A DNA stretch of 64,000 nucleotides from Tricharina praecox (lineage: Eukaryota), in contig NW_026250417.1 of the NCBI RefSeq assembly GCF_024521635.1, positions 186,001 to 250,000 on the forward strand, written 5' to 3'. How positions within the stretch are numbered: position 1 is the first letter of the stretch; every line of letters begins with the position of its first letter. The translations under genes were made by a program, and so were the position numbers. Of this stretch, positions 1-16,345 are shown in pieces. The notes under the pieces are model-generated. The model saw only the letters and a program-made list of their open reading frames with translations. It had not been told where the DNA came from and ran no database searches.

Positions 1-1459
1 TTGGCTTTCTTGTCTTGGTGGCGGCCCTTCACGGCTTGGATGGTAGTGGGTTTCTTCTCCTTCTCAAGTGCTCGCCACCCCTCCCCCCCTCCCCCTCCTC
101 ACTCCCCCCCAATGGCCCCATGTGTGGATCAGGGATTGTAACAGTTCGGTGTTTCCTAGAATAGCGCCACAGTTACAAGCCCATGTATAACTTGCAAGGA
201 CTTCGGGAACCGGGATGCCCAAAGCTCACGCCTAAGCTGAGAGGATATCCGCCAAAAAGCAAACAATCGAGGGGCAAGTAGGCATGTATGGAAGTATGTG
301 AGCATGTACAATATCTACATACCGGATACCAGGTAGAAGATTATACATATCAAACTCAGGCGAGGGTGGCAGAGGGGTGGGGCTGGGTATCAAGTAGGGT
401 ACGTGCTGCTCGATTACGAGCAGCACGTACCCTTACCTGTATCTGCTGTAGGGAATCTCCCTGACCAAACGCTGCGGACTTCGGACTTTGTTTCTCGAGA
501 GAGGGACGCCGTATGCGCATCCCATCGCGTTTCTCCGGGGTACATGTTTCGTACGAGCGGTTCCCAGGAGTATCTGCTGTACTCTAACTCCCGTACTTCC
601 CAGTCGAGGTCTCGATGATGCCCGATGGCCTTCGGATTGATTGATTGGTTGTCCTCAGCTGTTTGCTGTTTGCTGATGGCGAGAAGCAGAGGCCCTCTGC
701 CTCCTCTACATGCCGTTGTTCGTCGCCGTGATCAGGACTGTCTGGCCAAAGAGCAAGACGGAACCACACACGCCTCTCCCGGACATTCAATGTCATTGGG
801 AAATTGGCCACCGCTCCGGCGACATTGTCTTGAGGACAACAACGACTACAGCAGATTGATTCTTGGTCCGTGCCGGCTTGCTGCTTGCTCGGGTCTCCGC
901 TATTGGCGCCATCGCGGTGCCCACTTGTCAGTCTGGTTATTCTAGTCATTCTAGCCATTCTAACGTGGAGAATGCTCCATCCTGACGACTCTAACCGTGT
1001 CTGAAGAAGAACTACACCACCGCCCATCCACCGTCTGGGTACGTATGAATCGGTGCTGTCAACCCCTGTCAGCCGTGAGCTTCCGCCAATGCATTGCGAT
1101 TTAAACCTGAACGACCCTCCACCTCTTCCCGCCTTTCCTGCTCTTCTTGCCCTTATATCTATCTCCCCCCCAATCCTCCATCAACAAAAACTCTATCTCT
1201 TCCTTCCCTCCCTTCGTCCTCCGTCAATCCACACCTCCCTCTCCCCCAATACCGCCCCACATTCTTCAGTCAGGTCTCTTTCTTCATCTGTCGGAGTCTC
1301 TGCTTTGTATCAGTATCAACACCACCGACCCAGCTCCGTAGCACAAACACACCTGCTGCCGCTTCCCCCCGCCTTCTCAGACCCTCTTCATCCCACCCGG
1401 ACGAACGACACCTAATCCATCAGCGTTTTTTTTTTGCAATCGAATAATAGCCGTTAGCC

Positions 1460-4062
<2,603 letters not shown>

Positions 4063-5209
4063 ATACACGGGTGACTGGGGGAAGTCGTGCGTCCTTGGGC
4101 TGGGTCTGGGTTGAGTTGGAGCTCTCCTGCGTATACCATTTCGTGCTTTGATCATGGGGTTTCGGTAAACAGTGGGGAATGGGATGGACGGATGGCATAC
4201 GATAGATGGCAGATGGAATCGAACATGCCCCCACTGCTCTGAGCAATTTTGTGACCCATCGTAAAGTGATATTGTGGCCACGCAGATGAATCTAGAAAGC
4301 CACCGCCTTTCTCCCGCCGTCAGGTCTTCCTTCCCTCCTTGGAGAAATGCAAGTGTACTATTCTCTTGGCGGCCGATAATCAATTGGCTTGTTTGTTATT
4401 TTTATCCACGAATGACGCAGCCAGTGCCACTTGCCCACTCCCAGTGCCCAGACTAGCAAACACGCATTGGCAATTTGGCAGCCTCGTCCTCGTCTTCGTT
4501 GTCAGTGCCCACAGCCCACAGCCTTCCCTGCCCGCAAACAGACGGCTACCCACATATCTACCCACAGGACATGAACATGAACACGACATGCATGTGTTTT
4601 TGCGCGTTTCACGGGGCTCGCCAATTCCTAGGGCGAGCGGGCGAGGGGGGCAAACCGCATATGGCCAATTGCGATTGCGATGTTGTGTGGAATGGTCGGG
4701 TGGGTGGTTGGTGGACAGGGGGGGTTTGGTTGAGTTGTCAGGTTGTCAGAGACCACCGACCTATGTACCGTACAGACATACCGACCTACATACCGACCTA
4801 CATACCGACCGGGCGAGCGACCGGACGATCCTGGCCGGGTTCGTCATCGTCCTGGCCACTCCGCTCGAGGAGAGAAGGCGACTACATACATACGGTATGG
4901 ATGGTATGGATAGTGCTATGGATGGTACTATGGAGTGCTCTATCTATCTGTCTAACCATCTGTCTATCTATCGTGCCGCTCCCGCCCACACTCTTCCTCT
5001 TCCTTTCCGTCTCCCCCCCTCGCTCACCCTTCTCCTCACGAGTCACCGCCGTCGTCACCACCATATATCATATACCATATATACCGACCGATCTTCTGCA
5101 ACCAGCCGACGAACCGAACGAACGAAACGAACGGAGTGAAACGAAACAACCGTCGGCGACACGAAATAATAATACCAAATTCGAAAGGCAGCACTGAGCA
5201 CTGAGCAGT

Positions 5210-5346
5210 CCCCCCCCCCCCCCCCCCCCCCCCCCCGCGGCTACCCGTCCCGTCCGTCCCGTCCGCCCGCCCGCTCCCGTAGCTATCTCGCAAACACCAC
5301 CACCACCACCACCACCACCACCACCACCACCACCACCACCACCACC
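5210..5346. repeat. Poly-C tract followed by (CCA)n microsatellite
   Basis: C run at 5210-5236 and CCA/ACC repeats at about 5295-5346, upstream of the ATG at 5457. Confidence 0.9.
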
Positions 5347-5456
5347 AAAACACAAACAAAAACCTCGTACCCACACACCACCCCCTACCTTCGCCGCCTC
5401 TACTACCACACCGCCGCCTCCGCCGCCGTCCCACCACCACACCGGTCACACGCACC

Positions 5457-6245
5457 ATGTGTCTAATCCGCGTCAAACCCGAAATAGACTCCGACACGGA
5501 GCGGGAGCACTCCTTACCACCACGAATCGTCACCGAACGTCGCAGCTCTCGCGCGCAGCACGGCACCGCATCGCGCAACTCCGTGCGCGGCTCCGTGCGC
5601 GAGTCACGACGGGGTAGTCGGAACTCCATCCACTCGACGCGCGAGGCCCGGGAGGTGCGGGGGTCCCGGGAGTCAAGGGGGAGCTTCATCGAGACGGTGC
5701 AGATTCCGCCGCCGAGTGTGGTTTTGGGCGGTGGGGGGATGGGGATGGGTGCGGGGAGGACGGTCGTAAGGGAAACGCAGATTGTGCAAGCGCGCCCACC
5801 GCCAGCGACGACGACGACGCAGATAGTCAAGCACGATGGGCGGAGCCGGAGCCGCAGCCGCAGTCGGCAGCACCAGCAGCGCGAGGACGTGTCGGTATCC
5901 GAGTACCGGGGCTCGCACGCCAGTGTTGTGAGCAGTCGCAGCCGCGACGGCGGCAGGGAGCGCGAGCGCGGCTACTACGTCGACCAGAACCGGAGTCCGA
6001 GGAATTCATACCGCGCGCTGACTGCGGATGAGGCGCATCGGGGAAGTGTCGGTGGAGGACTGGGTGGTCTGGGCGCAGGTGGTGGGGAGAGGATCGGCTA
6101 TAATAATTTTCATGGGAGGAGGTCCGGTAGTGTTAACTATGTCAACCCTAGACATAGCCATATGAGTGTACGTAGCACTGGTGGCGCAGGCAGGATGTCA
6201 AGGGAGAAGGTGGTCGTTGTGGAGAAGGAGGGGGGGTATTATTGA
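5457..6245 (+). CDS. Arg/Ser-rich, low-complexity hypothetical protein (262 aa)
   Basis: Uninterrupted ATG-initiated ORF in good context (CACCATG). MCLIRVK N-terminus, RSRSRS repeats and an REKVVVVE C-terminus. No catalytic motif recognised. Confidence 0.7.
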   Translation: MCLIRVKPEIDSDTEREHSLPPRIVTERRSSRAQHGTASRNSVRGSVRESRRGSRNSIHSTREAREVRGSRESRGSFIETVQIPPPSVVLGGGGMGMGAGRTVVRETQIVQARPPPATTTTQIVKHDGRSRSRSRSRQHQQREDVSVSEYRGSHASVVSSRSRDGGRERERGYYVDQNRSPRNSYRALTADEAHRGSVGGGLGGLGAGGGERIGYNNFHGRRSGSVNYVNPRHSHMSVRSTGGAGRMSREKVVVVEKEGGYY

Positions 6246-6746
6246 TTCATTGATGGGCGGGATAGTAGTGGATATTGTGTGTTTACTTTCCTTCTTCTTC
6301 TTCTTCTTCTTCTGTGGCGAGCGAAACGGCGCATTGGCACAACTTACTTGTGTATATATTGGGCTTGCTTTTTAGATTCGAGATCTTTTCGTTACCTTTT
6401 GTTTTGCGCACTTTACTTTGCTTTTGCTTTTGCATCGAGTTGCATGTACATAATTTGGGGCGATATACCACTCGAGAGTCGAGAGTCAAAATGCCCATTT
6501 ATAAGTTATACCCCGTTGAATTGTGTGCCATTCATTGATGGTCGAGACTCGGGACACTTGTTATGAAATAATAAATACACAATACACGATACTCTATTCT
6601 ATATGATGAACACGCTCAAGCCGGAAACAGAACCAGAAAACAGACAAAACCAGAAACAGAAAACAGACAGACAAAGCAAAGCCAGTACACCAGCGCCAAA
6701 GTTATTCCCCAGATCCCCCCAATCCCATCCTTAACATCCTCAACAT

Positions 6747-9700
6747 CTACCAACACTCCGCCTTCCAGTACCCCAAAAACTTACCGACCAACTCCGCATC
6801 GACATTCCTAGCCTGTCGCAAGGTCGGGGAGTACTTCCTCGCCTCAGTGGTCATAAAGTACGGGGCGCCTCTGGCCTCCTCCTCTGCGCTCTTCTCGGCA
6901 TACTGGGCCTTGAACCACTCCAGCAGCTTGATGGGGGGGTTCTTTACGGGATCCTGCTCCTTCGTCAAGCGGGAAATCCACTCCTGCTGCTCGACCTCCT
7001 CGAACTCGAGCCCGGCCTCGCGGAGCGCAGGGAGAATATCGCTCTTCCAGCGGAGGACCGCAGGATGACAGACGTGCAGCACGGCGTCGCGCGGGAGCGC
7101 CGCGGTGGTCACGGGGGGAAGGCGGTCGAGCAGGGCCAGGTCCACGATGGTGCCGGCGGTGGTGTCGACGGGCAGCCAGGAGTGCTCGGCGTTGCCGTTG
7201 GGGAGCGCGCCGATCGTGACTGCGGATTGCAGCGTCAACGGCAAAGCCTCGGTCGCGTTCCAGACGCCGTGCACGGTGTCGCCGACGATCTGGCCGACAC
7301 GGAGGATGCGCGCGGAAATGGGGGTGGAGGCGACGGCGGCAAGGCACATGCTCTCTGCTACCATCTTGGATTGCCCGTAGCCCATCGGCATCACCGACGC
7401 GAAGGTCGAGGGGATCTCGGGGATCTGCCCGTCGGTCGTGTGTAGCGCCATCATGGTGCTCACCGAGGAGATGAGATTGAAGGAGGCGGGAGTGCGGTGT
7501 GGGGATGCGAGGCACAGGTTGATCAGGTTCCAGGTGCCCCGGATGTGGTGCTTCTCGAAACTGGTCACGTCCATGTTGAAGTTCACCGACCAGGCGACGT
7601 GGATGATGTTTGTGACCGAGTGCAGGATCGTGCTGTAGACTTCTTCGGGGAGGCCGAAGGTCTCTTGGCTGAGGTCGGCAGGGAGCGCGACGATCTTGCT
7701 CTTCTGCGCTTCGGTGAGTGTCTCGAAATGGCGGGCGTGCTTGAGGGCGCTGATCACTCGCTCATGTCCGGCGGAAGGAGTTGCAGCTCGGACGAAGCAG
7801 TAGACCTGCTTGACGGCCAGCCTTCGAACCAGGATTGCCAGAGTGTGGGCTCCGAGTGACCCAGTGGCTCCAGTGAGGACCTTTTCTACTGTTAGCTTGT
7901 TGGAATTTATACACAAAGTGTAGAATACTCACAATGTACTCGCCATCCACAGTGACGTCTTTGGGAACATGCTGCTTGAAAGTCGAATACTTATCAATCA
8001 GTCCCTGCATCACTTCCTGCACAGGCCTCTGTTGCACTTCCACTCCTCCCCGCAAGCCAACCAGGAAGCTTGTAAGAGCATCCACGGTAGGATGCTCAAA
8101 CACGATGTTTGAGCTCAGAACCTTGCCGGAAGTGTTGACTTCCTTGGTGAGAGTGCGGCGGACACTGATGGCCATCAGGGAGTCGAGACCCAGGGTGAAG
8201 AAGTCAGTGTTGTCCTTGACCTCACTGCTGTCCACCTGGAGGGAGTTTGCGATGGTCGTGCGAACAAGCTGGCGGATCTCATCGGCTGAGAGATCTTTGC
8301 CCGACTGTGCCTCCTCTTGCTCGAGACGGGCATAGTAGCTTTCGATATCGTTCTTCGTTGCCCGCAGGAAAGCAGCACGGATACTGTTCGAATTTTAGCA
8401 TCATGATATCAACAGAGTAGAACCGGGAAGTGAGTCGCATACAAGTTTCCTTTGTCAGTCCTTGGGAAATCGGTGTCCGCCTCCTTGATGATAACAGCAT
8501 CGTGGAAGATCCTGGCGTACGCTGGGACCTTGGTGTTTCCACGCTGGATATCGGCCGCGATACTGGCGAGGAACTCTTCCCTCGACATGCTATCCGCATA
8601 TTCCGACTTGACGATGATCACTCCCAGTGTTGGTTTTCCGGTCCCGAAAACGAGTGCTTCCGTGACGAACCGGCTGTCTCGTAGGGCGTCCTCGAATAGC
8701 ACCGGACTCGCCTTCTCGCCGTTGGAGAGAACGATTGTCGAGTCCATCCGGTCAACATACCTGTACACCATCGGGTTCTCCGGGTGTCGCTCGAACAAGT
8801 CCTTGGTAGCATACGAGCCATCCTCGCGGTTACTCGCAGCCAACGACGGCCAGCCAGGCTGAACAATGATCTGGTACAGTCCCTCGCCTTCCGCCTCCCA
8901 CTTAATGTACTTCTCCGCCATGGGAACAAGCCTCAGCCAGTTCCAGCCCTCTTCCGCATACCGCATTAGGTAACCCGTCTCGGTGCTGCCGTAATGATTC
9001 GCCAGCTTCACGCCCTCACGGACCAGCATATCGCCAAGATCCTGAGGACACCCGGCACCGCCATAAACAACGGTTTCCAGTTGCGCGATCCTGGCAGTTC
9101 CGCCCTCCGTCTCGGCTATTAGCTTGATCACGTACGGCACTGTGAAGAGAACGCCGCATCCGGTGGCGTTGAGCGCGGCGATGACGCTCGGTCCCGTCAC
9201 GGGGGCTTCGGCGCTGTGGAAGACCGTGCGGATGCCCGTGTACAGGCCGTGGAGCAGCGTGTACAGCCCGAATGTGTGGAACAAAGGCACCGTGATGAAG
9301 CCGCCTTCGTCGGGAACTACCATGCACTTGGCTGCAGTCAAGGCGCCAATGTGCGTGTGGCCTACGGGCTTGGGGAGACCAGTGCCTGCGTGCAATGTTA
9401 GCATATGTTCTCCAGCACATTTTCCGGGGAAGGACACTCACTGCCAGAGCTATGGATGTACCATCCGACCTGGCCTCTCTCGGCCTCAGGATCGAACTCA
9501 ACGCCCAATGGCGTCTCCTCCTGCTCCGTCACGGTCTCAATAGTCGCCAGCTCGACCATCGGCAAAATCTCCAACTGACCCTCCATCCTCCCCCTAGTCG
9601 ACTCCATGATCCCCTTGAACTCCGGCTGGACCAGCACGACCGCACAATCCGTCTTCTGGAACAGATGTACGAACGCATCCTCAAGCAGTCTCGTGGACAG

Positions 9701-9991
9701 GAAGAGACAGGTCAGACCCAGGCGCTGCAGGGCGAGGTACGTGACTATGTACTCCATATTGGTGACGCCGAGGACGGCCACGACGATGCGCGGATCGGCA
9801 GAGGTGCGCCGCACTCGGGGGAGGAGCTGAAGGTAGTGCCGCGCTGCACGGCTGACGGCTAGGTCTAGCTGCGGACCCGTGTAGTCGGTGAAATTGATCG
9901 GTGAGCCAGTTGAAGGGTACGAGATCACCGCTGTCGTGGGGTGCGCGACGGCGCAGTGGCGCACAAGCTCGTCGATGGTGCGGGCGGCCAT
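6747..9991 (-). CDS. NRPS-like adenylation-thiolation-reductase (A-T-R, carboxylic acid reductase-like) enzyme, 4 exons
   Basis: A domain motifs YIHSSGS|TGLPKP, YGSTETG and PRTDKG; carrier motif DFFTLGLDSL; SDR reductase motifs VLTGATGSLG and YGQSK. Introns at about 9387-9441, 8385-8441 and 7888-7932. Confidence 0.93.
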
Positions 9992-10913
9992 TTTGTCTTG
10001 TCTTGCAGTTATAGGTAGGTGGCTGATTTGGAATGAGGTGAAAGCGAGCTGTGTTGTGTATTCGGTTCAGAAAATGTCTGTATGTATATGGAGCTGTAGT
10101 AGATATATGGAGCTGTAGTAGGTAGATGTCGGTATTCGAGTGCGGTTCTGTGTATTGCAGTAACTACCACAACGAGAGCAGCGAACGGCCTTATTATACA
10201 CCCGACACAGCTCTCCCGTAACGCTCAGTCACATAGGTACACTGGCTGTATCTACGAAGCACCTCTCTGTCTCTCTCTCTGTACAGGACAGTACAGTTGA
10301 GGGATATCGCTGCCCGCGTCATGGCGGGAGAGTCGGCACGGATCGATATCCATATTCCAATGGGGCTATCCGAAGTTCCGGAGCTGTAGTGTCTCGGAAA
10401 TGTATGTATGCATCGTGGCGACGGATGCAGAGTCAGTCAGGAGGATGGATGGATGGTTCTTGCCGATTGCCTGCATGCCTGCCCATGGGATCTTTTTTCC
10501 CCATGCACTAGTTAGTGATTGGGTTGAGCGGGTTCCGACTCCCGAGACAGTTCCTGGGTGTAGGCGTGTATGTACACATGCAGAGTACTCTACACGAGGA
10601 TACGGGAATGCACGGAGAATCACTCGCTTACCGTGTTCGCCCCCGCCATTATTGTCCGATGGAACTTCCCATAGTAGGTACTGTACTCTACACCCACAAC
10701 CAACTCCTACAACCACCTCTCCGTCAACTTTTGCCATGGCCATGATGTTTGAAAAGTTGGGGGATCACCAAAGTGCCGAGCGAGCCGATCTAACGCTTGG
10801 TCCCAGTAACTCCTTGATATCCTAGCTTCCCGATTGGATACATAACTACCTGGGCACTAGCCCGTGCACCCGCGTGGCCACCTTTCCTGTGCGCACAGAT
10901 CGGAGTTTCGGAA

Positions 10914-10974
10914 AATACGGCACGTCGTCGAAACCCCGGTCTGTGAATACGGCACGTCGTCGAAACTCCGGTGC

Positions 10975-11014
<40 letters not shown>
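10914..11014. repeat. About 27-bp direct repeat (AATACGGCACGTCGTCGAAAC..) x2 followed by a (TG)n microsatellite
   Basis: Copies at about 10914-10940 and 10946-10972; TG run at about 10976-11014. Confidence 0.85.
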
Positions 11015-11018
<4 letters not shown>

Positions 11019-11275
11019 TGTCTACCTACCTACTGTAAGGTAGCTCTGCCGTTGATACATATGGAGTGCATGATAGATAGTTGCGGGCCTGGAACTGGAT
11101 CTGGATGCCAATGGGCATCGGTCTATAGTATTGTCTTTCCGCTCCTTCCCCCCCACTCTATGTATGTATGGATGCATATAAATAAAGCGCTCATTCCAAT
11201 TCGATGCATCCTTCGCGAAACGCCGTGTCTACCGTACCGTCTATGTATCTATGATAGGTACCCATATCGTTGTCG

Positions 11276-13559
11276 TCAGTTATGTACCGGGATGATTAGC
11301 GATCTCTGTGCCGGCCCGGTTGGTCCTCCCTGTACTGGGGTGGTCAGTGATCTCGGCTTCGGCATGGAACTCGACATTCGCGGTCGGAGTTCGGGAGCGT
11401 TTACCGTCATTTCCGATTCCTGAGTGAGAGGACATAGAAATATTGTCTTTGCCGTTCTGTATATACCCGTCATCATCAGCCGTATATCCGCTGTCAGGGA
11501 AGGTTCTAGAAACATACAGGACGGTGATAGTCTTGACAACATGCGGACATGTAGCATTGGGATAACTCATAGTCGGCTTCCGCTTCAACTGCCCACTCCA
11601 CACCGAGCTTTCAAGCCCGACCGAAAACATCCCCGGATCCTTCGCATGCACAGACAGCTCCAGCTCCAGCTTCGTCACCACATCGACAGAAATTGTGACT
11701 CTCCCGTGCGAATCGGTCGTCTCCTCCACGTCGAGCGCAGTTGCACTGCGAACGTCCCACAATGTCGAGTTGAGGTACTCCGTGCCCAGAGCGTGGATGG
11801 AGAAACCGAGCTTCTCGCCCGCGCGAGCGGTGTACGTGAAGATACTGGGGTGCGAGGACGCAGCGGGGATGAAGACTGTTAGGCCCGGGAGAAGTGCCAT
11901 ACCACTGCCTGCACCACCGCCATCGTCGTGGTCTGTTGGCCCGTGGGCGACGAACATCTCCACAAAGTTTGTGAGCGCCCTGGGTGTGTCGATTTCTGCG
12001 TAGAGACCACGCGTGTCGAGCACAGCGGTTGCGAGGTCCAGCAAGGAGGCCGGGGGATCCTCCCTTTTCGGTGACGGTGGAGATAGATGACCGAGGGCTA
12101 CGCGGATTCCTAAAGCTCGTGCGCGCGACACTTGGTTGACGAGCCTCTTGGTATCCTCGTCTGCGCTGCTGGTGAAGACTACGATTCCGGATTTGTGCGC
12201 GGTACCAACGAGACCATGTGCACCCTTCGCGAGCTCGTCGATTGCCGCACCAAGTCCACTTGCAACGGAGCTTTCACCATGCGCATCGATCCCGTCGAGT
12301 GCAATTCCAGCAATTGATGGATCACCCAACGGGTAGATCACCTTTGCTGCATCCCTAAAGCCAACGACGGTGACCAAGTCCGGTATACTGTCATCACCGG
12401 CCTGCTCCTGGTTGTGTAGCATATCGATAAAACCCTTCGCCGCCGCGGTCCTGAGATTCTCCGGATCAATATCGGCATTGAACCTCGAGCTGTCCAATAC
12501 CACCGCTAGTTTCCGGCCCTGACAGGACTGGGCTGGATCATCGCTCGTCAACGCACAGATCATGAGCCCCGCACGCACCGGCCCATATTTCGACCTCAAC
12601 TCGGAGCGGAAGTGTTGCCATTGCCGCTGAGTATCCTTCACGGCGACCTCCACTGCGCGGCCAAAGTTGTTGCCGATCTTCCCTCGGTCAGTGAACGGCG
12701 ATGTCGTATTGCCGCTTTCAAGATTTATCATCCCGCCGTCCTTATTGAGCGTGTTGTGGGTTACTCGTCCACTGCAGGTCAGGAACCCTGGGGTCATGTC
12801 CACCAGCGGGCCGGCGAAGCATCCAGTGCTCAGATCCCGCGGAACAGAGATTGGCGCGCGGGAGCGCAGGTCCAATAGTGGCGCGGGCTCGGTCAATTCC
12901 AAACCAGGCGGGTTCTCGGGGGTAAAAGGTGGCTCCGCCGTATCCGCCCAATTGCTATGAGAATAGAAGTCCTGGACACCATGCAGTGCCCTCCCCAGTC
13001 CTTCCAGGGTGTTGCATTTCGCGCGGCCCTTCACGCTGATGGGACCGAATATGCAGTCGCTATCGACGTTGACCTGCCCCTTAACGATCTGATTCTTGTC
13101 ATTCAACATCAATTCCGCCTCCGCGAGACCCTCCTTCATTCTCCCCCGCAGGTGTGTCACGCATTTCTGCAGCACCTCCGTAGCATCCTCCCGGCTCTGC
13201 GGGTAGTCCGAGGAATCGAAGAAGTCCGCGTCGTCGCAGTGCGCCTCTGGCCCTTCCGGCGGTGGTGTATCCGGTGCCCCGACTCCCCCGAAGGTTCTTC
13301 TGTCGCCCGCAAGCTGGTTAAGCGAGAGGGGCTCGAAGCAGTCTCGTGTGGACGCGGCGCCCGGTGGGCAGGCTAGTGCTAGCCGTGTGATCCGCTCATG
13401 CTCGCTGTGTTGGCCTATGATATCGGATTCGACGGTGTAGAAACTGGACACGGATGCGGCTGCGAGAAGCACGCCGAGAACGAGAGATGTCTTGAAGGTC
13501 GTGGCTGGAATGGCCGCCGAGTGTCGTTTTTGAACCCTGTCGAGAAATGTCAATGCCAT
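11276..13559 (-). CDS. Predicted secreted protein: CinY/HET-C/VWA7-like N-terminal domain, vWA domain and beta-rich C-terminus
   Basis: Hydrophobic signal-like segment (SLVLGVLLAAASVSS), EHERITR, AHCDDADF and LGRALHGVQDFYSHSNWAD, then a vWA-like domain starting KLAVVLDSS. A probable 61-nt intron at 11517-11457 (GTATGT..GCTGAT..CAG) moves the stop to 11276. Confidence 0.8.
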
Positions 13560-15289
13560 GATCGCCAGTCATTCCATCCGAGCCAAACTTACATGTGTCT
13601 ACCCCACAGTTGCCCCCAACTCTGTACCGTACCTTCAATTCAAGAGCGAGGAAGGAAAGATCAGCTGCCTTTAAATATGGGGATCAGCTTTGAAGTGTTC
13701 CTTGCTAGTGCAGCTCGGCAGCAGTCAGACCAGCTCAAAGTCTACATCCATTTCCATCGCGGACACCCGAAGGGCGATGCAACATTCAGCCGGAGCAGCT
13801 ACCCGCATCGATTGTCCAGCGTGACAGCGCTTAGTGTTGCCCGACGCCTTAAGCGCTGCATGGCGGACAAATCAACATCGTTTCGCTACGTGGTTCATGT
13901 GTGCGTGTGTACAACACACAGATTCCGGCATGCGATGGAGACTGCCTCCAAACGTAGAGTTTGGCTTCGAAGAACGGCGGGCCGGGCACCGATCTTTTTT
14001 GTATGGAGCAACCCAAGAGTCGTACGTGACAGTCACCTCGTCTACTATGCCCAGCAGAGAGAAGGCTTCGAGGTTTAGGAACAATGAACAAAATGTTTAG
14101 TCTCGAGAAGAATGAGTCTGGCATCCAATCATACATATCAAAGTCGCATCAAGGACAGTGCGAAGAGGAACCCAAGAGAGAGAGAGACGAGGAAGGGAGG
14201 TAGAAGGGTCATAGCTTCATATAATGAGAGACCTGCGATGGGTACGGGCAACTGGGGTGACCAATTGAATTGCCTAGAAAGCAATAAGAAAAGAAAGCAG
14301 CCTGTGTTCTTCAGGCCAAACAACCCCCAAGTATCTCCGCGATGTTGAAGCACGGATGAGGGAAAACAATCGCAACAAACTGGTACACCACTGTGGTGAG
14401 ATGTCCGCTGTTACGATCCACTCGCCCCCGCTACTGCTCACTCCCTCCCATTAAAGCCCGCCGTCACAACATCAAATGTCATCGTCACATCAACGACTGC
14501 CGCCCCTGTCTGCCCCTATCCGCACTCCTGGGAAAGCTGGTCCCACCAGGTCTCAACCCGGTCTCCACCTCTTGGCTGAAGGTCCCAATCAAGTCTGCAG
14601 TCCCGGCATCTTGCGGCCTCACAAAGCCAACCTTACCGCTGGGTCCCACAATATGTAGGCGTTGTCGGCCAAAACCTGCTTTCATAAGTACATACAGTGA
14701 CCACGGGGATGCGATGGCAGAAAAGCAGGTAAGGAATCGTCTTCTATTCGCTTGGTTGGTGTCTGATTGCCACTCTGATTTCACTGTGCGAGAGACCGAG
14801 AACGCTCGTATATACTTCTCTAAACCTCGATTCTCTTTTAACCCTTGGAACAACCGTGTAAACTTCTACTATTTTGTCTACTCCGTTTAGTGTTGTTTAG
14901 GCGAACATGTCACCACAGCGTCCATATCCAACTCACCCGAGTGATATCACATGTATGTGTGTAACCTAAAATCCCATATTCCACCCAAAATACTGGCCAG
15001 AACTCTTCACAATCCCATGAAAAGTATCTCCAGCCGCTCCTGATACATAAAAGCCTCGTTTCCGTTCGCCGAGCCGTGTGACCTGGCATGGTCGCGCGAG
15101 CATCGCCGCAACGAGTTAATCCACAATGACGAACCTATCTAAATATCTTTCTCCTCCGTTCTTCCTTCCTTCCTTCCTTCCTTCCTCCTACAACCTCGAT
15201 CATCATCATCACCATCTCAGCCCATCGGCGGAATTTCATCATTAGCAATAAACAACTCTATGTTTCTTCATCATCTTCATCATCTTCAT

Positions 15290-15470
15290 CCTCTTCGCCC
15301 TCTCCATCCTCTCCAACCTACAACCTCCATCCTCCAACCTCCATCCTCCAATCTCCAACCTCCATCCCACCTCTCCATCCCACCTCTCCATCCCACCTCT
15401 CCATCCCACCTCTCCATCCCACCTCTCCATCCCAGCTCTCCATCCTATCTCTCCATCCTCTCCATCCTCT
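15290..15470. repeat. Degenerate CCATCC/CCACCT low-complexity tandem repeat
   Basis: Many copies of (CTCCATCCCAC)-like units. Confidence 0.8.
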
Positions 15471-16258
15471 TTCTTCTCTGGACAAACAGCGACCAACACC
15501 GTAACGTCTTGGAGAAGGTTCCAGTTCCAGGATGTGATGACTTCAGATTATCTCCCGATAACCTTCTGCCCAGCAACCGCAGTGAGTATAATGCTGCGTT
15601 TGAGAAGGTCCGTGGATGTGATGACCTCAAATTATTTCAACCCTTCGAGGTGCTTTAACTTGACATAACTGACGATTGGATTCAAGACTTTTGAGCAGCG
15701 AGCGCCGTTGGCATGGCATCGGACGAACCTCCTCTATCAACGGCGAAGAACATGAACTGCACGTGGACCCTACGGCTACAACATCGGGAGAAATAGCTTC
15801 CCACGGCTGAGAACGATCGAACCTTTATAGGACACCTAAGCTAAGTCTTCCTGCTACTTCCTTTTTTCGAAGGTGAAGCTACCATTACTTCCCCGAGGGA
15901 TTTCGCACGTGCGGAGGGACTCGGATATGGAAAAAAAAGCCAGTCTGGAGCAAAGGTAAGCTTTCTTCCCTCTTTCCTCTCAGAATTGGATTGTGCTAAC
16001 ATGAGTCCACAAAGAAAACTTGCCTTAGCACTGAGGTTTACCACACCAACCCCCGAGCAGAACCGGTCTGCCACAGTGCAAGCGGCCTGGAAGTGCTTGA
16101 TTGAACTTCTCCACGCTCATTACTACGTCCCATGAAACAGCCGTACATTTTTCTGCGTTCGTCTCGTAGAAACAATTGACTCGAGTTGTTCTGTGTTGGT
16201 CGGGTTTAAACAGTGGTACCTAATTGTTCTGCGTTGGTCGGTTTCAAGCAGTGGCATC

Positions 16259-16345
16259 GATGGCCTGTTCATCCAGTGCGATCAGTGCAAGGTCTGGCAA
16301 CACGGCTTAAGTCGCCGAAGTTACCGCGGGAGATGTCTTTCTTAG
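16259..16345 (+). pseudogene. Orphan PHD-finger fragment (Cti6/Set3-like)
   Basis: Translates as DGLFIQCDQCKVWQHG, then diverges and stops (TAG 16343-16345). The other PHD cysteines are absent. Confidence 0.6.

Noticed and set aside
4339..5197. 266-aa and 240-aa ORFs downstream of GFA1
   Set aside because: Non-ATG starts, microsatellite-derived composition and no motifs; likely intergenic or promoter DNA.
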